DNA from: a virus
IMG/VR virus record: IMGVR_UViG_3300035310_000011
Location: 1 to 49,575 of that record
Strand: one strand, 5' to 3'
Length of the DNA stretch: 49,575 bases
This document shows, piece after piece, positions 34,189-40,733 of this stretch. Under the pieces are notes generated by a model. The model made no database searches. It was not told where the DNA came from and worked only from the letters and a program-made list of their open reading frames with translations. The translations under genes were made by a program, and so were the position numbers. Position 1 is the stretch's first letter. Each line of letters opens with the position of its first letter.

Positions 34189-34382
34189 GCGCAAAATATC
34201 AACTTAATAAAGAAGACGGTTCAAAGATTTTTAAGGGATTTCTTATAGCCGTAGGGGGCGCGATCGCTACCTATATGATGGAGACCATCCCGAATGTAAA
34301 TTTTGGCGAGTATGCTCCGGTCGCCGTTGCTATAAACAGCGTGCTTGTCAATATACTACGAAAATTCCTTGCTTCTGTTTAG
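34185..34382 (+). CDS. Holin-like small membrane protein (65 aa)
   Basis: Two hydrophobic segments (FKGFLIAVGGAIATYMM; YAPVAVAINSVLVNIL) and a basic C-terminus. I prefer the ATG at 34185 over the TTG at 34161. Confidence 0.45.
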   Translation: MSAKYQLNKEDGSKIFKGFLIAVGGAIATYMMETIPNVNFGEYAPVAVAINSVLVNILRKFLASV

Positions 34383-34397
34383 AAAGTATGCTATGAT
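34369..34397 (+). promoter_or_regulatory. Sigma70-like promoter TTGCTT-N17-TATGAT
   Basis: TTGCTT at 34369-34374 and TATGAT at 34392-34397, overlapping the end of the holin-like gene. Confidence 0.5.
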
Positions 34398-34403
34398 ATA
34401 TAA

Positions 34404-34785
34404 AGGGGATTCAGGGGGCGTAAGCCTCATTGCGGGTTAAACCGTAACTGGATACCCCGATAATTGCTGCAAGATTATCTTACTCAATTTCTGGCCGAGA
34501 GAGTAAGCCACTACTTGTTTGCGTGGGGAGATTATCCTTACCTCACATCGTACCTGACGTTTCAGGTGGTCGGCGGAGCCGGTCGGAAAGATAGCGGATA
34601 CTATCTCCGGCTCTGATAATATTAGATTTTTCTCGCCTTCTCGTGCAAAGATAGACAAAAGGGCCAAAAACGGGAACGCGCTTTGTCCTTTGGGCAAGCC
34701 GTTTCGATAAAGTAATATACTTGCCCCGTTTATCTTACGCATCGGCTGGCTTGAACCAAACACCCGCTCACGCGGGTTTTTGGTT
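34404..34785 (+). ncRNA. Candidate structured ncRNA of about 380 nt, family unknown
   Basis: Bounded by a predicted promoter and a strong terminator, with no long plus-strand ORF in the supplied track. Contains a GNRA-capped hairpin (gggc-gtaa-gcct); stems gataat/attatc and cttactc/gagtaag; a 13-bp interrupted helix gagccgg..agatag/ctatctccggctc; and a 12-bp interrupted helix aaacg..gggcaag/cttgccccgttt. Confidence 0.45.
34754..34785 (+). terminator. Rho-independent terminator (aaccaaacacccgc-tcac-gcgggtttttggtt)
   Basis: 14-bp stem with one mismatch and a GC-rich top, followed by T5. Confidence 0.7.
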
Positions 34786-34798
34786 GTCTCGTGGATAC

Positions 34799-35005
34799 TC
34801 ACTTCCTAGGAATAAAATAAGTTATCTCACAAGCAACAACCTCAAGTCCCGAAGATTTATGAGAACTAGCAACCTCTCTAGCATTTCTTGCTTTTACTTT
34901 AGTGCGGTGAATGTGAAATACATCTTGAAACGCCCTATCATAACTTAAAAGATTTCCTTCTTCATCTATAATGGCCCAACCCTTTATTTTATTTTTCTTT
35001 GGCAT
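34799..35005 (-). CDS. Small hypothetical protein (68 aa), distantly similar to the 37119 gene product
   Basis: KIKGWAIIDEEGNLLSY vs KIKAWAVIRNGKIVEY in the 37119..37313 product. Confidence 0.55.
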   Translation of the reverse strand: MPKKNKIKGWAIIDEEGNLLSYDRAFQDVFHIHRTKVKARNAREVASSHKSSGLEVVACEITYFIPRK

Positions 35006-35150
35006 TTAATTATTTTAATGCTAAATTGTATTCTTCTTAATTTAAGATATTTCTTAAGTTAAAGTAAAGGACGTGCGGGCATAAGCGCCGCCGCTTATTT
35101 TTGCGAATGTAAGCATAATTTTATTATATCGTATCTTAACACATTTATCT

Positions 35151-35159
35151 TGTGGATAA
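35151..35159 (-). promoter_or_regulatory. DnaA-box-like TGTGGATAA (minus strand TTATCCACA), 22 nt upstream of a minus-strand TATAAT (35123..35128)
   Basis: Read directly. Would drive the 35005 gene. Confidence 0.5.
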
Positions 35160-35311
35160 ACTATTTTCCATTTTTTTATCCCCACTTCCTAGCCCTCAAC
35201 GAGCCATTCCAGCTCTGGAGGGCAAAGAGAACATTTATACTTGTACGAATATGTCTGCCGCACTTTCGGGAGTTTCTGACCCTATACGAAACTTTGAGCG
35301 CGGCTTGAAGG

Positions 35312-36439
35312 CTAGGAGGCGGGGAGAAAGTTAATATTTTTTATAATTTCTTTTACTACATTTACGGTTACGGCGTTTCCAAGACACTTGTACCTTTGCG
35401 TATCGCTTACTCCCTCTGTCCACCCATCAGGAAATCCTTGTAATCTTTCGCACTCGGTCGGAGTTAGTCGGCGGATTCTCATCCCTTGCATCACTCCATG
35501 AATGTCTTGTCCCGTAAGAGTAAACATCGGTTCGCCATCCTCTTTCATTCTTCTGCCGTTCTGCCGTTTTTTTACTCGATCAGGGGTAAGAACCGCATAC
35601 AATCCTGTCTTTGCTCCGTGTCCACCTCCCTCTGCCCGTATGCTTGTTGATATTCCCATCTTATCATAGATTCTTTCTGCCATTGAACCACCTTTTAATT
35701 GAATCAAGGTTTGTTTTTGATTCCTGTTGGCTCCTCGCCAATCGCTTGAATTGATAGTGTGGGCGAATGCCCCATATCCAACATTCTTTTCATCGCCTTC
35801 TCCGATAGGAAATACTTTTCGTCCACCCCATCCTCCAAGACATCCTGCAATGAACACTCTTTCCCTGTTTTGTGGGACTCCGTGATTCTTGCTGTTAAGC
35901 ACTTGCCATTGGATACCATACCCCAACTCAACAAGCGTGGAGATGATGATTTTGAAAGTTCTGCCATTGTCATGAGAAAGAAGTCCTTTGACGTTTTCCA
36001 ATAGGAACATCCTTGGTCGCTTTTCTTTAAGAATCCGCGCGATATCAAAGAATAAAGTTCCTCTTGTGTCGTTAAATCCTTTACGCTTTCCAGCAATGCT
36101 GAAAGCTTGGCAAGGGAATCCTCCAACGAGAAAGTCAAAGTCGGGAAGCTCTGCTGCGTTGATTTTGGTCGCGTCTCCATAGTTGCGGTGCGTTGGAAAG
36201 TGTTTTTGGTAGATTTTTGTGGCATATTTGTCAATTTCGGAATATCCAATACAATCGGCATATTCGCTATTCCTCCTCTTTTCCCGAATGCCAAGGTTGG
36301 ACTTATTCCCTTGGGATGAACTACTACTCCTGCTTGTCCTTTGCTTTTGTAGATATTCCCTATCTTGTAAATCTTCATACGCTTGTTGTATGCCCAGTTC
36401 AAATCCTCCTACCCCACTAAACATTGAAAAGTATTTCAT
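35312..36439 (-). CDS. dcm: DNA (cytosine-5)-methyltransferase (orphan; no adjacent restriction enzyme)
   Basis: Motif I MFSGVGGFELG, IV GGFPCQAFS, VI FLLENVKGL, VIII VPQNRERVFI, the VLTPDRVKKRQNGRRMKEDGEPMFTL segment, and X YKCLGNAVTVNV. Confidence 0.95.
   Translation of the reverse strand: MKYFSMFSGVGGFELGIQQAYEDLQDREYLQKQRTSRSSSSSQGNKSNLGIREKRRNSEYADCIGYSEIDKYATKIYQKHFPTHRNYGDATKINAAELPDFDFLVGGFPCQAFSIAGKRKGFNDTRGTLFFDIARILKEKRPRMFLLENVKGLLSHDNGRTFKIIISTLVELGYGIQWQVLNSKNHGVPQNRERVFIAGCLGGWGGRKVFPIGEGDEKNVGYGAFAHTINSSDWRGANRNQKQTLIQLKGGSMAERIYDKMGISTSIRAEGGGHGAKTGLYAVLTPDRVKKRQNGRRMKEDGEPMFTLTGQDIHGVMQGMRIRRLTPTECERLQGFPDGWTEGVSDTQRYKCLGNAVTVNVVKEIIKNINFLPAS
35704..36402 (-). other. 232-codon ORF in the +1 frame, nested entirely inside dcm (possible overprinted or relic coding sequence)
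   Basis: From the ORF track. The frame offset to dcm is 37 nt (frame +1). The translation contains GISPTLAFGKRGG, GHSPTLSIQ and LQDVLEDGVDEKYFLSEKAMKRML. Confidence 0.3.
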
Positions 36440-36600
36440 AAATCTTCTTTACAATCTTTGCATACACACCCTTTACAATCTTTACAATCTTTACATACAC
36501 ACCCTTCACAGTTTTCCCTTGAAGCATGAGTAGAATAACCTCTATCACAAGATTCGCAAGGTTCTCCCTCTTCGTCGTTGCATTTTGGATAAAGAATCAT
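36436..36600 (-). CDS. Cys-rich mini-protein (54 aa, 14 Cys: MILYPKCNDEEGEPCESCDRGYSTHASRENCEGCVCKDCKDCKGCVCKDCKEDL), translationally coupled to dcm
   Basis: Translated by hand. Its TGA overlaps the dcm ATG (ATGA). The underlying DNA has a tandem repeat tacaatctttRcatacacaccctt. Confidence 0.5.
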   Translation of the reverse strand: MILYPKCNDEEGEPCESCDRGYSTHASRENCEGCVCKDCKDCKGCVCKDCKEDL

Positions 36601-36609
36601 TGTTTTTAT

Positions 36610-37056
36610 TTACCTCCCTAACCTAGCGCGTGCGTGTTGTTGTTTGTGGCAAGATCGACAAAGACGAATCCAATCAGATAACTCTCGAAGATACTTTTTA
36701 GATTTGTTTGCCCAATGGATTTTGCACCCTTTAAGTTTCTTTTTACCACACTTTTCGCAAGTATTTGGTTTTCCTAATCTTCTTGATACCCAAGCATGAA
36801 GCGCATTATATCCTACTTTATCCCCTATCCACTTTGGATTTCTACTTCCTAAACGCGTGCAACTAAAACAATATAATGATTTATATGAACGCAAAGGGGA
36901 GTTACATTCTATGCACTTTGGTTTTTCTTTTTTGCTCTTAACAATCTCCCAGCAAGCACGAATATCAATTTTGTAAAACCTACTAAGTTTTCTGTAGCTC
37001 CACCCTTGCTTCCACTTCACAAACATTGCTTCATTTCTTCTGTTGCGTGGTTTCAT
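36610..37056 (-). CDS. HNH-type homing endonuclease-like protein with an N-terminal HTH and zinc fingers
   Basis: C-terminus CEKCGKKKLKGCKIHWANKSKKYLRELSDWIRLCRSCHKQQH parallels CDYCGTKKGKIEWAKIHHKKYERKKSNFWKLCRSCHIRYDRH of the 48261 ORF. AT-rich. Confidence 0.65.
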   Translation of the reverse strand: MKPRNRRNEAMFVKWKQGWSYRKLSRFYKIDIRACWEIVKSKKEKPKCIECNSPLRSYKSLYCFSCTRLGSRNPKWIGDKVGYNALHAWVSRRLGKPNTCEKCGKKKLKGCKIHWANKSKKYLRELSDWIRLCRSCHKQQHARARLGR

Positions 37057-37118
37057 AAACCTATTGTATCACACAACAAAAGAAAAAACAATACGCGGCA
37101 CTCAACGCACGGGCCGGG

Positions 37119-37313
37119 TTAGGGGAGTAAATCTTCTGTTTTTATTACTATCTCTACTTTTATGACCTTTTCAGAAGCTTCTTGATGATACTTTTCAGCG
37201 AGATACTTTTTATTAAAAATCCCATAAGAAAATACCCAATCATCGTAACTATATTCGACAATTTTTCCGTTTCTAATTACTGCCCATGCCTTTATTTTTT
37301 TCATATTACCCAT
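37119..37313 (-). CDS. Small hypothetical protein (64 aa from MGNMKKIKAW)
   Basis: The track ORF extends to 37352, but that extension translates the conserved C-rich junction motif, so I prefer the start at 37313 or 37304. Confidence 0.5.
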   Translation of the reverse strand: MGNMKKIKAWAVIRNGKIVEYSYDDWVFSYGIFNKKYLAEKYHQEASEKVIKVEIVIKTEDLLP

Positions 37314-37338
37314 ATTCTTAGGGGTTAAGGTTGGGGGG

Positions 37339-37659
37339 TCATAGAGCTTCAACCAGTTCTTCTGGCATTGTAAATCTTTCTGGCTCTTTGAACTTTTTAC
37401 CTTTTCCCATATTCATTATTTCGTAATCTCCGAAGGAAACCATACCACGAATAACAGAATACGTTGTGTTGTCTTTTTCTATGATGATTTGGTATGTGCC
37501 TGTGGGGTGGTATCCGATAAACTCTTTTACCTTTGGCTCTAACTGGACAACAGGGTGTAGCCGCATCGAGCATTTTATCCCCTTGACGATAAGCATTGCG
37601 TAAAGTGATTGTAAGTCTTCTTGGAACTCTTTGCTCTGTAATTCTTTTTTTGTTCTCAT
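37339..37659 (-). CDS. Hypothetical protein (106 aa)
   Basis: ORF preceded by a purine-rich leader GAGAGAGGAGAGGAATTAACAAAGGAGATATG. Confidence 0.6.
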   Translation of the reverse strand: MRTKKELQSKEFQEDLQSLYAMLIVKGIKCSMRLHPVVQLEPKVKEFIGYHPTGTYQIIIEKDNTTYSVIRGMVSFGDYEIMNMGKGKKFKEPERFTMPEELVEAL

Positions 37660-37824
37660 ATCTCCTTTGTTAATTCCTCTCCTCTCTCTTATCTTGTGGG
37701 GACATAGAGATTAATTAAATAAACTCATTAATGCGATACCAAACATAATCCCAACTGCTAACATTATTATAGGGGCAAATATTATTATATCTTTCATATC
37801 TTCTTAGGGGTTAATGGTTGGGGG

Positions 37825-37980
37825 TTATTCCCTGTTTAGGTCTGATATTTCAAACTTCGCCCCGTCATATTCAATATAAAGTTTAGACATATCGCAGGGT
37901 ACAAAGATTTTCTCTTTCTTTTTTCCTTCTTTTTTCTCGGCAATTATACCGATTATTTTCATTTTCTTTTCTTTTTTCAT
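37825..37980 (-). CDS. Small hypothetical protein (51 aa)
   Basis: Translated by hand (MKKEKKMKIIGIIAEKKEGKKKEKIFVPCDMSKLYIEYDGAKFEISDLNRE). Confidence 0.35.
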   Translation of the reverse strand: MKKEKKMKIIGIIAEKKEGKKKEKIFVPCDMSKLYIEYDGAKFEISDLNRE

Positions 37981-37984
37981 ATTT

Positions 37985-38350
37985 TTAGGGACTGGGGTTG
38001 GGGGTTAGTAATTCGGGATTCTCATAGATATTGCCGATGATTTCGCTGGTATGTAATTGAAACCAAAGACTGTTCAAAGGTATAAACTCGGCTTTCTCAT
38101 ATCTTTCTCCCCCATCTTCTCCATTATTCCATTTTACAACATCAATTCTCTCCCCAGAACCAAATCCACCCTCAATAGATTCTACTATATCCCCCTCATA
38201 AATCTCTTTTCCGTTTTTGTCTTTGAGGCCGGTGTATTGCATTACTATTGCTTTCTCATCTTGCCTCGCGAAATTATCTAAATCAGAATAAATCATAGAC
38301 GGATGTCTATTGTGTCCATCCCAACACCTAAATTTTATTTCTCTGTCCAT
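37985..38350 (-). CDS. YopX family protein
   Basis: IKFRCWD...MQYTGLKDKNGKEIYEGDIV...IIGNIYENPELL is the characteristic YopX pattern. Confidence 0.85.
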   Translation of the reverse strand: MDREIKFRCWDGHNRHPSMIYSDLDNFARQDEKAIVMQYTGLKDKNGKEIYEGDIVESIEGGFGSGERIDVVKWNNGEDGGERYEKAEFIPLNSLWFQLHTSEIIGNIYENPELLTPNPSP

Positions 38351-38360
38351 AGTTATTTAA

Positions 38361-38639
38361 TTAGTTTAACAAAGATAATAAAATCTCTTTTGTTTTCCAA
38401 CAGGTTTTATCAATTCGTCCAGCCTTAAAACGATTGCACGGCCAACAGAGGTATTGGAAATTGTCCTCTTTTTCGTACTTCATTTCCCCAGTATCATCAA
38501 GCATATCTAAAATTGATATGGGCACGATATGGTCAACAGTTAGTATGGCTACTTCCCTATTACACCGCTGACACACTCCACCCTGCAAAGCTCTTTTTTG
38601 CCACTCCTGTAATTTGCTTTTATATTTTCCTTTTGCCAT
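38361..38639 (-). CDS. HNH endonuclease (92 aa)
   Basis: CQRCNREVAILTVDHIVPIS...NFQYLCWPCNRFKAG (CxxC...DH...N...CxxC-N). Confidence 0.85.
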   Translation of the reverse strand: MAKGKYKSKLQEWQKRALQGGVCQRCNREVAILTVDHIVPISILDMLDDTGEMKYEKEDNFQYLCWPCNRFKAGRIDKTCWKTKEILLSLLN

Positions 38640-38660
38640 ATCTCTATATTGTGGTTAGGG

Positions 38661-38822
38661 TTAAGAATTATCTTCTAAAATCTTCCGTCCATAGAGGACT
38701 ATCAAATCCAATTCCTCTTTCGTAACAAGAAGTTGGTTGCGTGTGTATTTGTTCCGCACGTCAACAATGTAAATATCTCCTTTCTTACGTATGTTTACAT
38801 TTGGTTTCTTTTCTTCTTTCAT
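38661..38822 (-). CDS. Small hypothetical protein (53 aa)
   Basis: Translated by hand. Preceded by the duplicated purine-rich leader. Confidence 0.35.
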   Translation of the reverse strand: MKEEKKPNVNIRKKGDIYIVDVRNKYTRNQLLVTKEELDLIVLYGRKILEDNS

Positions 38823-38867
38823 AATCTTAATTGTTAATTCCTCTTCTCTCTCTTTTGGGGGGTGGGG

Positions 38868-39008
38868 TTATTCATAACAATTAGGGTGGACAATTAAACC
38901 ACATCTTTGACAATGGTGATCGCCCTTTCCTTCTTCGCCGGCAAGCGGGCAAAAACAGCCGATATTGTGTCCGAAGATTTTACAGAGTAATTTTTTGATT
39001 TTCTTCAT
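38868..39008 (-). CDS. Small Cys/His zinc-ribbon-like protein (46 aa: MKKIKKLLCKIFGHNIGCFCPLAGEEGKGDHHCQRCGLIVHPNCYE)
   Basis: Translated by hand. The CK-x-FGH...C-x-RCG pattern is reminiscent of small prophage proteins (DUF1660-like, from memory). Confidence 0.4.
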   Translation of the reverse strand: MKKIKKLLCKIFGHNIGCFCPLAGEEGKGDHHCQRCGLIVHPNCYE

Positions 39009-39331
39009 AGTTTTATTTTTACTTCTAATTTTTGTCTTCCAAACTTTAGGGCTTCTTGCCTAGATGACATCCAGATGTCAAACTTTCCGTCGTTCTTTAG
39101 AGCCATACGATCCTGACAGGTGTAAATCTGCCCCAGGATGATAACTTCAGTCCGAAATGGTAGATTTCTAGGGCAAGCAATCACGCCTTTTCCGACTAAC
39201 TTTCCGGAAGCGGTAACCGTGGGAGAAGAATCGGTTTGTTTTACCTCTGAATTATATGCGGTTACGATTGCGATAACCGGTCTTTCCATAACGGGACTTT
39301 TAACGGGATATAGGAATAAAGATTCAAACAT
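39005..39331 (-). CDS. 3D-domain protein (MltA/RlpA-like double-psi beta-barrel; probable peptidoglycan-active)
   Basis: VTAYNSEVKQTDSSPTVTASGKLVGKGVIACPRNLPFRTEVIILGQIYTCQDRMALKNDGKFDIWM matches the TAY...T-ASG...G-iA...pfgt...DrG...-Di pattern. Confidence 0.7.
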   Translation of the reverse strand: MFESLFLYPVKSPVMERPVIAIVTAYNSEVKQTDSSPTVTASGKLVGKGVIACPRNLPFRTEVIILGQIYTCQDRMALKNDGKFDIWMSSRQEALKFGRQKLEVKIKL

Positions 39332-40097
39332 TAGATGGAGGAAGATGTTTAGTTAATATTTCTCCTTTTTCTTTTTCAACAAGTATCATGGCTTCAAACA
39401 TCGCACAAGGCTGACCATCTCTGCAAAACACAGTCCATCCGTCTTTATTCCAAACTTCTACTTCTCCCGTGCCCGGCGTAAGCATCGGCTCGATGCAGAT
39501 CACCGCGCCTTCTTTTAAGGTTTCTCTGGACAAAGGACTTTGGTAATCGGCATAATTTGGAATGTTCGGCAGTTCGTGCATCTCTTTACCAATATGATGG
39601 CCTCCATACTCTTTAATAATAGTATAACCGCAAGGTCCGACATAACGCTCAATGGCCTCTCCTATGTCTCCGATCTTCGCTCCGGCCTTAACGACCTTTA
39701 TACCTTCGTAAAGCGCTTGTAAGCTATACCGCATCAAACGTTCTTTCCGATTACTGACAACTCCTACGGGGACCGTAAGTGCAGCATCGCCGCAGAAGCC
39801 CTTGTACTTAATGCCGATGTCATAGGTTACTATGTCGCCCTCCCGCAACTCTTTGTTATGCGGTGGCGCGTGGCACACTTCATGATTCACTGACGCACAA
39901 ATCGTTGCCGGATACGTTTCTTTGGCCCACTTCGGTTTATATCCCTTATTGTATGGCGTGGCACCCTGTTCACGGATTAGGCGTTCAGCCACGTCATCAA
40001 GCATGGCAAGGCTTACATCAGGAGCAGTCAAAGATTCAAGTTCCTTCAAAACGGCGGATACTATTATTGCGGCTTGTCTAGTGTGCGGACTCATCAT
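39324..40097 (-). CDS. map: Type I methionine aminopeptidase
   Basis: Full-length colinear resemblance to bacterial MetAP: NHEVCHAPP, DIVTYDIG...GFCGDAA, EYGGHHIG, ICIEPML, FEAMILV. All five metal-ligand positions (D, D, H, E, E) are present. Confidence 0.9.
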   Translation of the reverse strand: MMSPHTRQAAIIVSAVLKELESLTAPDVSLAMLDDVAERLIREQGATPYNKGYKPKWAKETYPATICASVNHEVCHAPPHNKELREGDIVTYDIGIKYKGFCGDAALTVPVGVVSNRKERLMRYSLQALYEGIKVVKAGAKIGDIGEAIERYVGPCGYTIIKEYGGHHIGKEMHELPNIPNYADYQSPLSRETLKEGAVICIEPMLTPGTGEVEVWNKDGWTVFCRDGQPCAMFEAMILVEKEKGEILTKHLPPSNV

Positions 40098-40551
40098 TTT
40101 TTATTTTTGAAATAATCTTTTTTAACATCGCGCGATCCTTTTTATCAGTAACAAATTTATCCATAACTAGCATTAACCCCTCAATAAACTGCTGAACTGT
40201 CTTCTCCATCTCGGGCATCGGTTCTAGAGGAATAGTGGGAATCGTGATAGGTTCTGCTCGTGGAATATTAACAAAATCCATAAGGCGCTGAACGGGAACT
40301 GAACCTTTTATATCTATAGCAATCGGTACGCCTTCTGGATACTCTTTCCTAATCATAGTGATTGCGTCTACCGGCGTGTAAGCTATTACGGCCCGAAAGT
40401 CCATCAGGAAGGCAGCGCGCATCTGCGCGTCTTGAACGGTAAATAAATAAATCGAAAGTGGAAGGTCTGCTTTCTTTGTGAGATCGAATTTTTGTTCAGG
40501 ATTGCTCATAATCATCTCATCCTGAGAGCCACATAAGATAATAGCCCCCAA
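40078..40551 (-). CDS. Hypothetical protein (157 aa or shorter)
   Basis: ORF. Alternative starts at MIMSNPEQ. Confidence 0.55.
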   Translation of the reverse strand: MGAIILCGSQDEMIMSNPEQKFDLTKKADLPLSIYLFTVQDAQMRAAFLMDFRAVIAYTPVDAITMIRKEYPEGVPIAIDIKGSVPVQRLMDFVNIPRAEPITIPTIPLEPMPEMEKTVQQFIEGLMLVMDKFVTDKKDRAMLKKIISKIKNDESAH

Positions 40552-40579
40552 GTGAGCCGACTATTGGCATAAATTTGTG

Positions 40580-40720
40580 TTATTCTGCGGACGCTACAAT
40601 TTCAAGCTTGCCTTCTGCGATCAAAGGAGTGGCGACTTCTTCGGAGAGTTCTATTTCAGAACCATCCGCATGCACCGCGCCTTCTAGCTCAAAGTCAACG
40701 AGTACTTTATAGTTTGCCAT
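40580..40720 (-). CDS. Small acidic hypothetical protein (46 aa)
   Basis: Translated by hand (MANYKVLVDFELEGAVHADGSEIELSEEVATPLIAEGKLEIVASAE). Confidence 0.35.
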   Translation of the reverse strand: MANYKVLVDFELEGAVHADGSEIELSEEVATPLIAEGKLEIVASAE

Positions 40721-40733
40721 GTTTTTGTTTACT

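Noticed and set aside
34404-34785. tmRNA, tRNA or RNase P identity for the structured region
   Set aside because: The region starts with GGGGA like tmRNA. However, I found no T-arm (GGTTCGAATCC-like), no 3-prime ...CCA acceptor pairing, no tag ORF, and no RNase P conserved GGAAAGTCCGG/ACAGAA elements.
34437-34802. 121-aa minus-strand ORF overlapping the candidate 380-nt RNA
   Set aside because: It has a GTG start and no RBS, and a strong terminator hairpin lies inside its 5-prime end. I prefer the RNA interpretation, but the ORF is not excluded (see the finding at 34369..34800).
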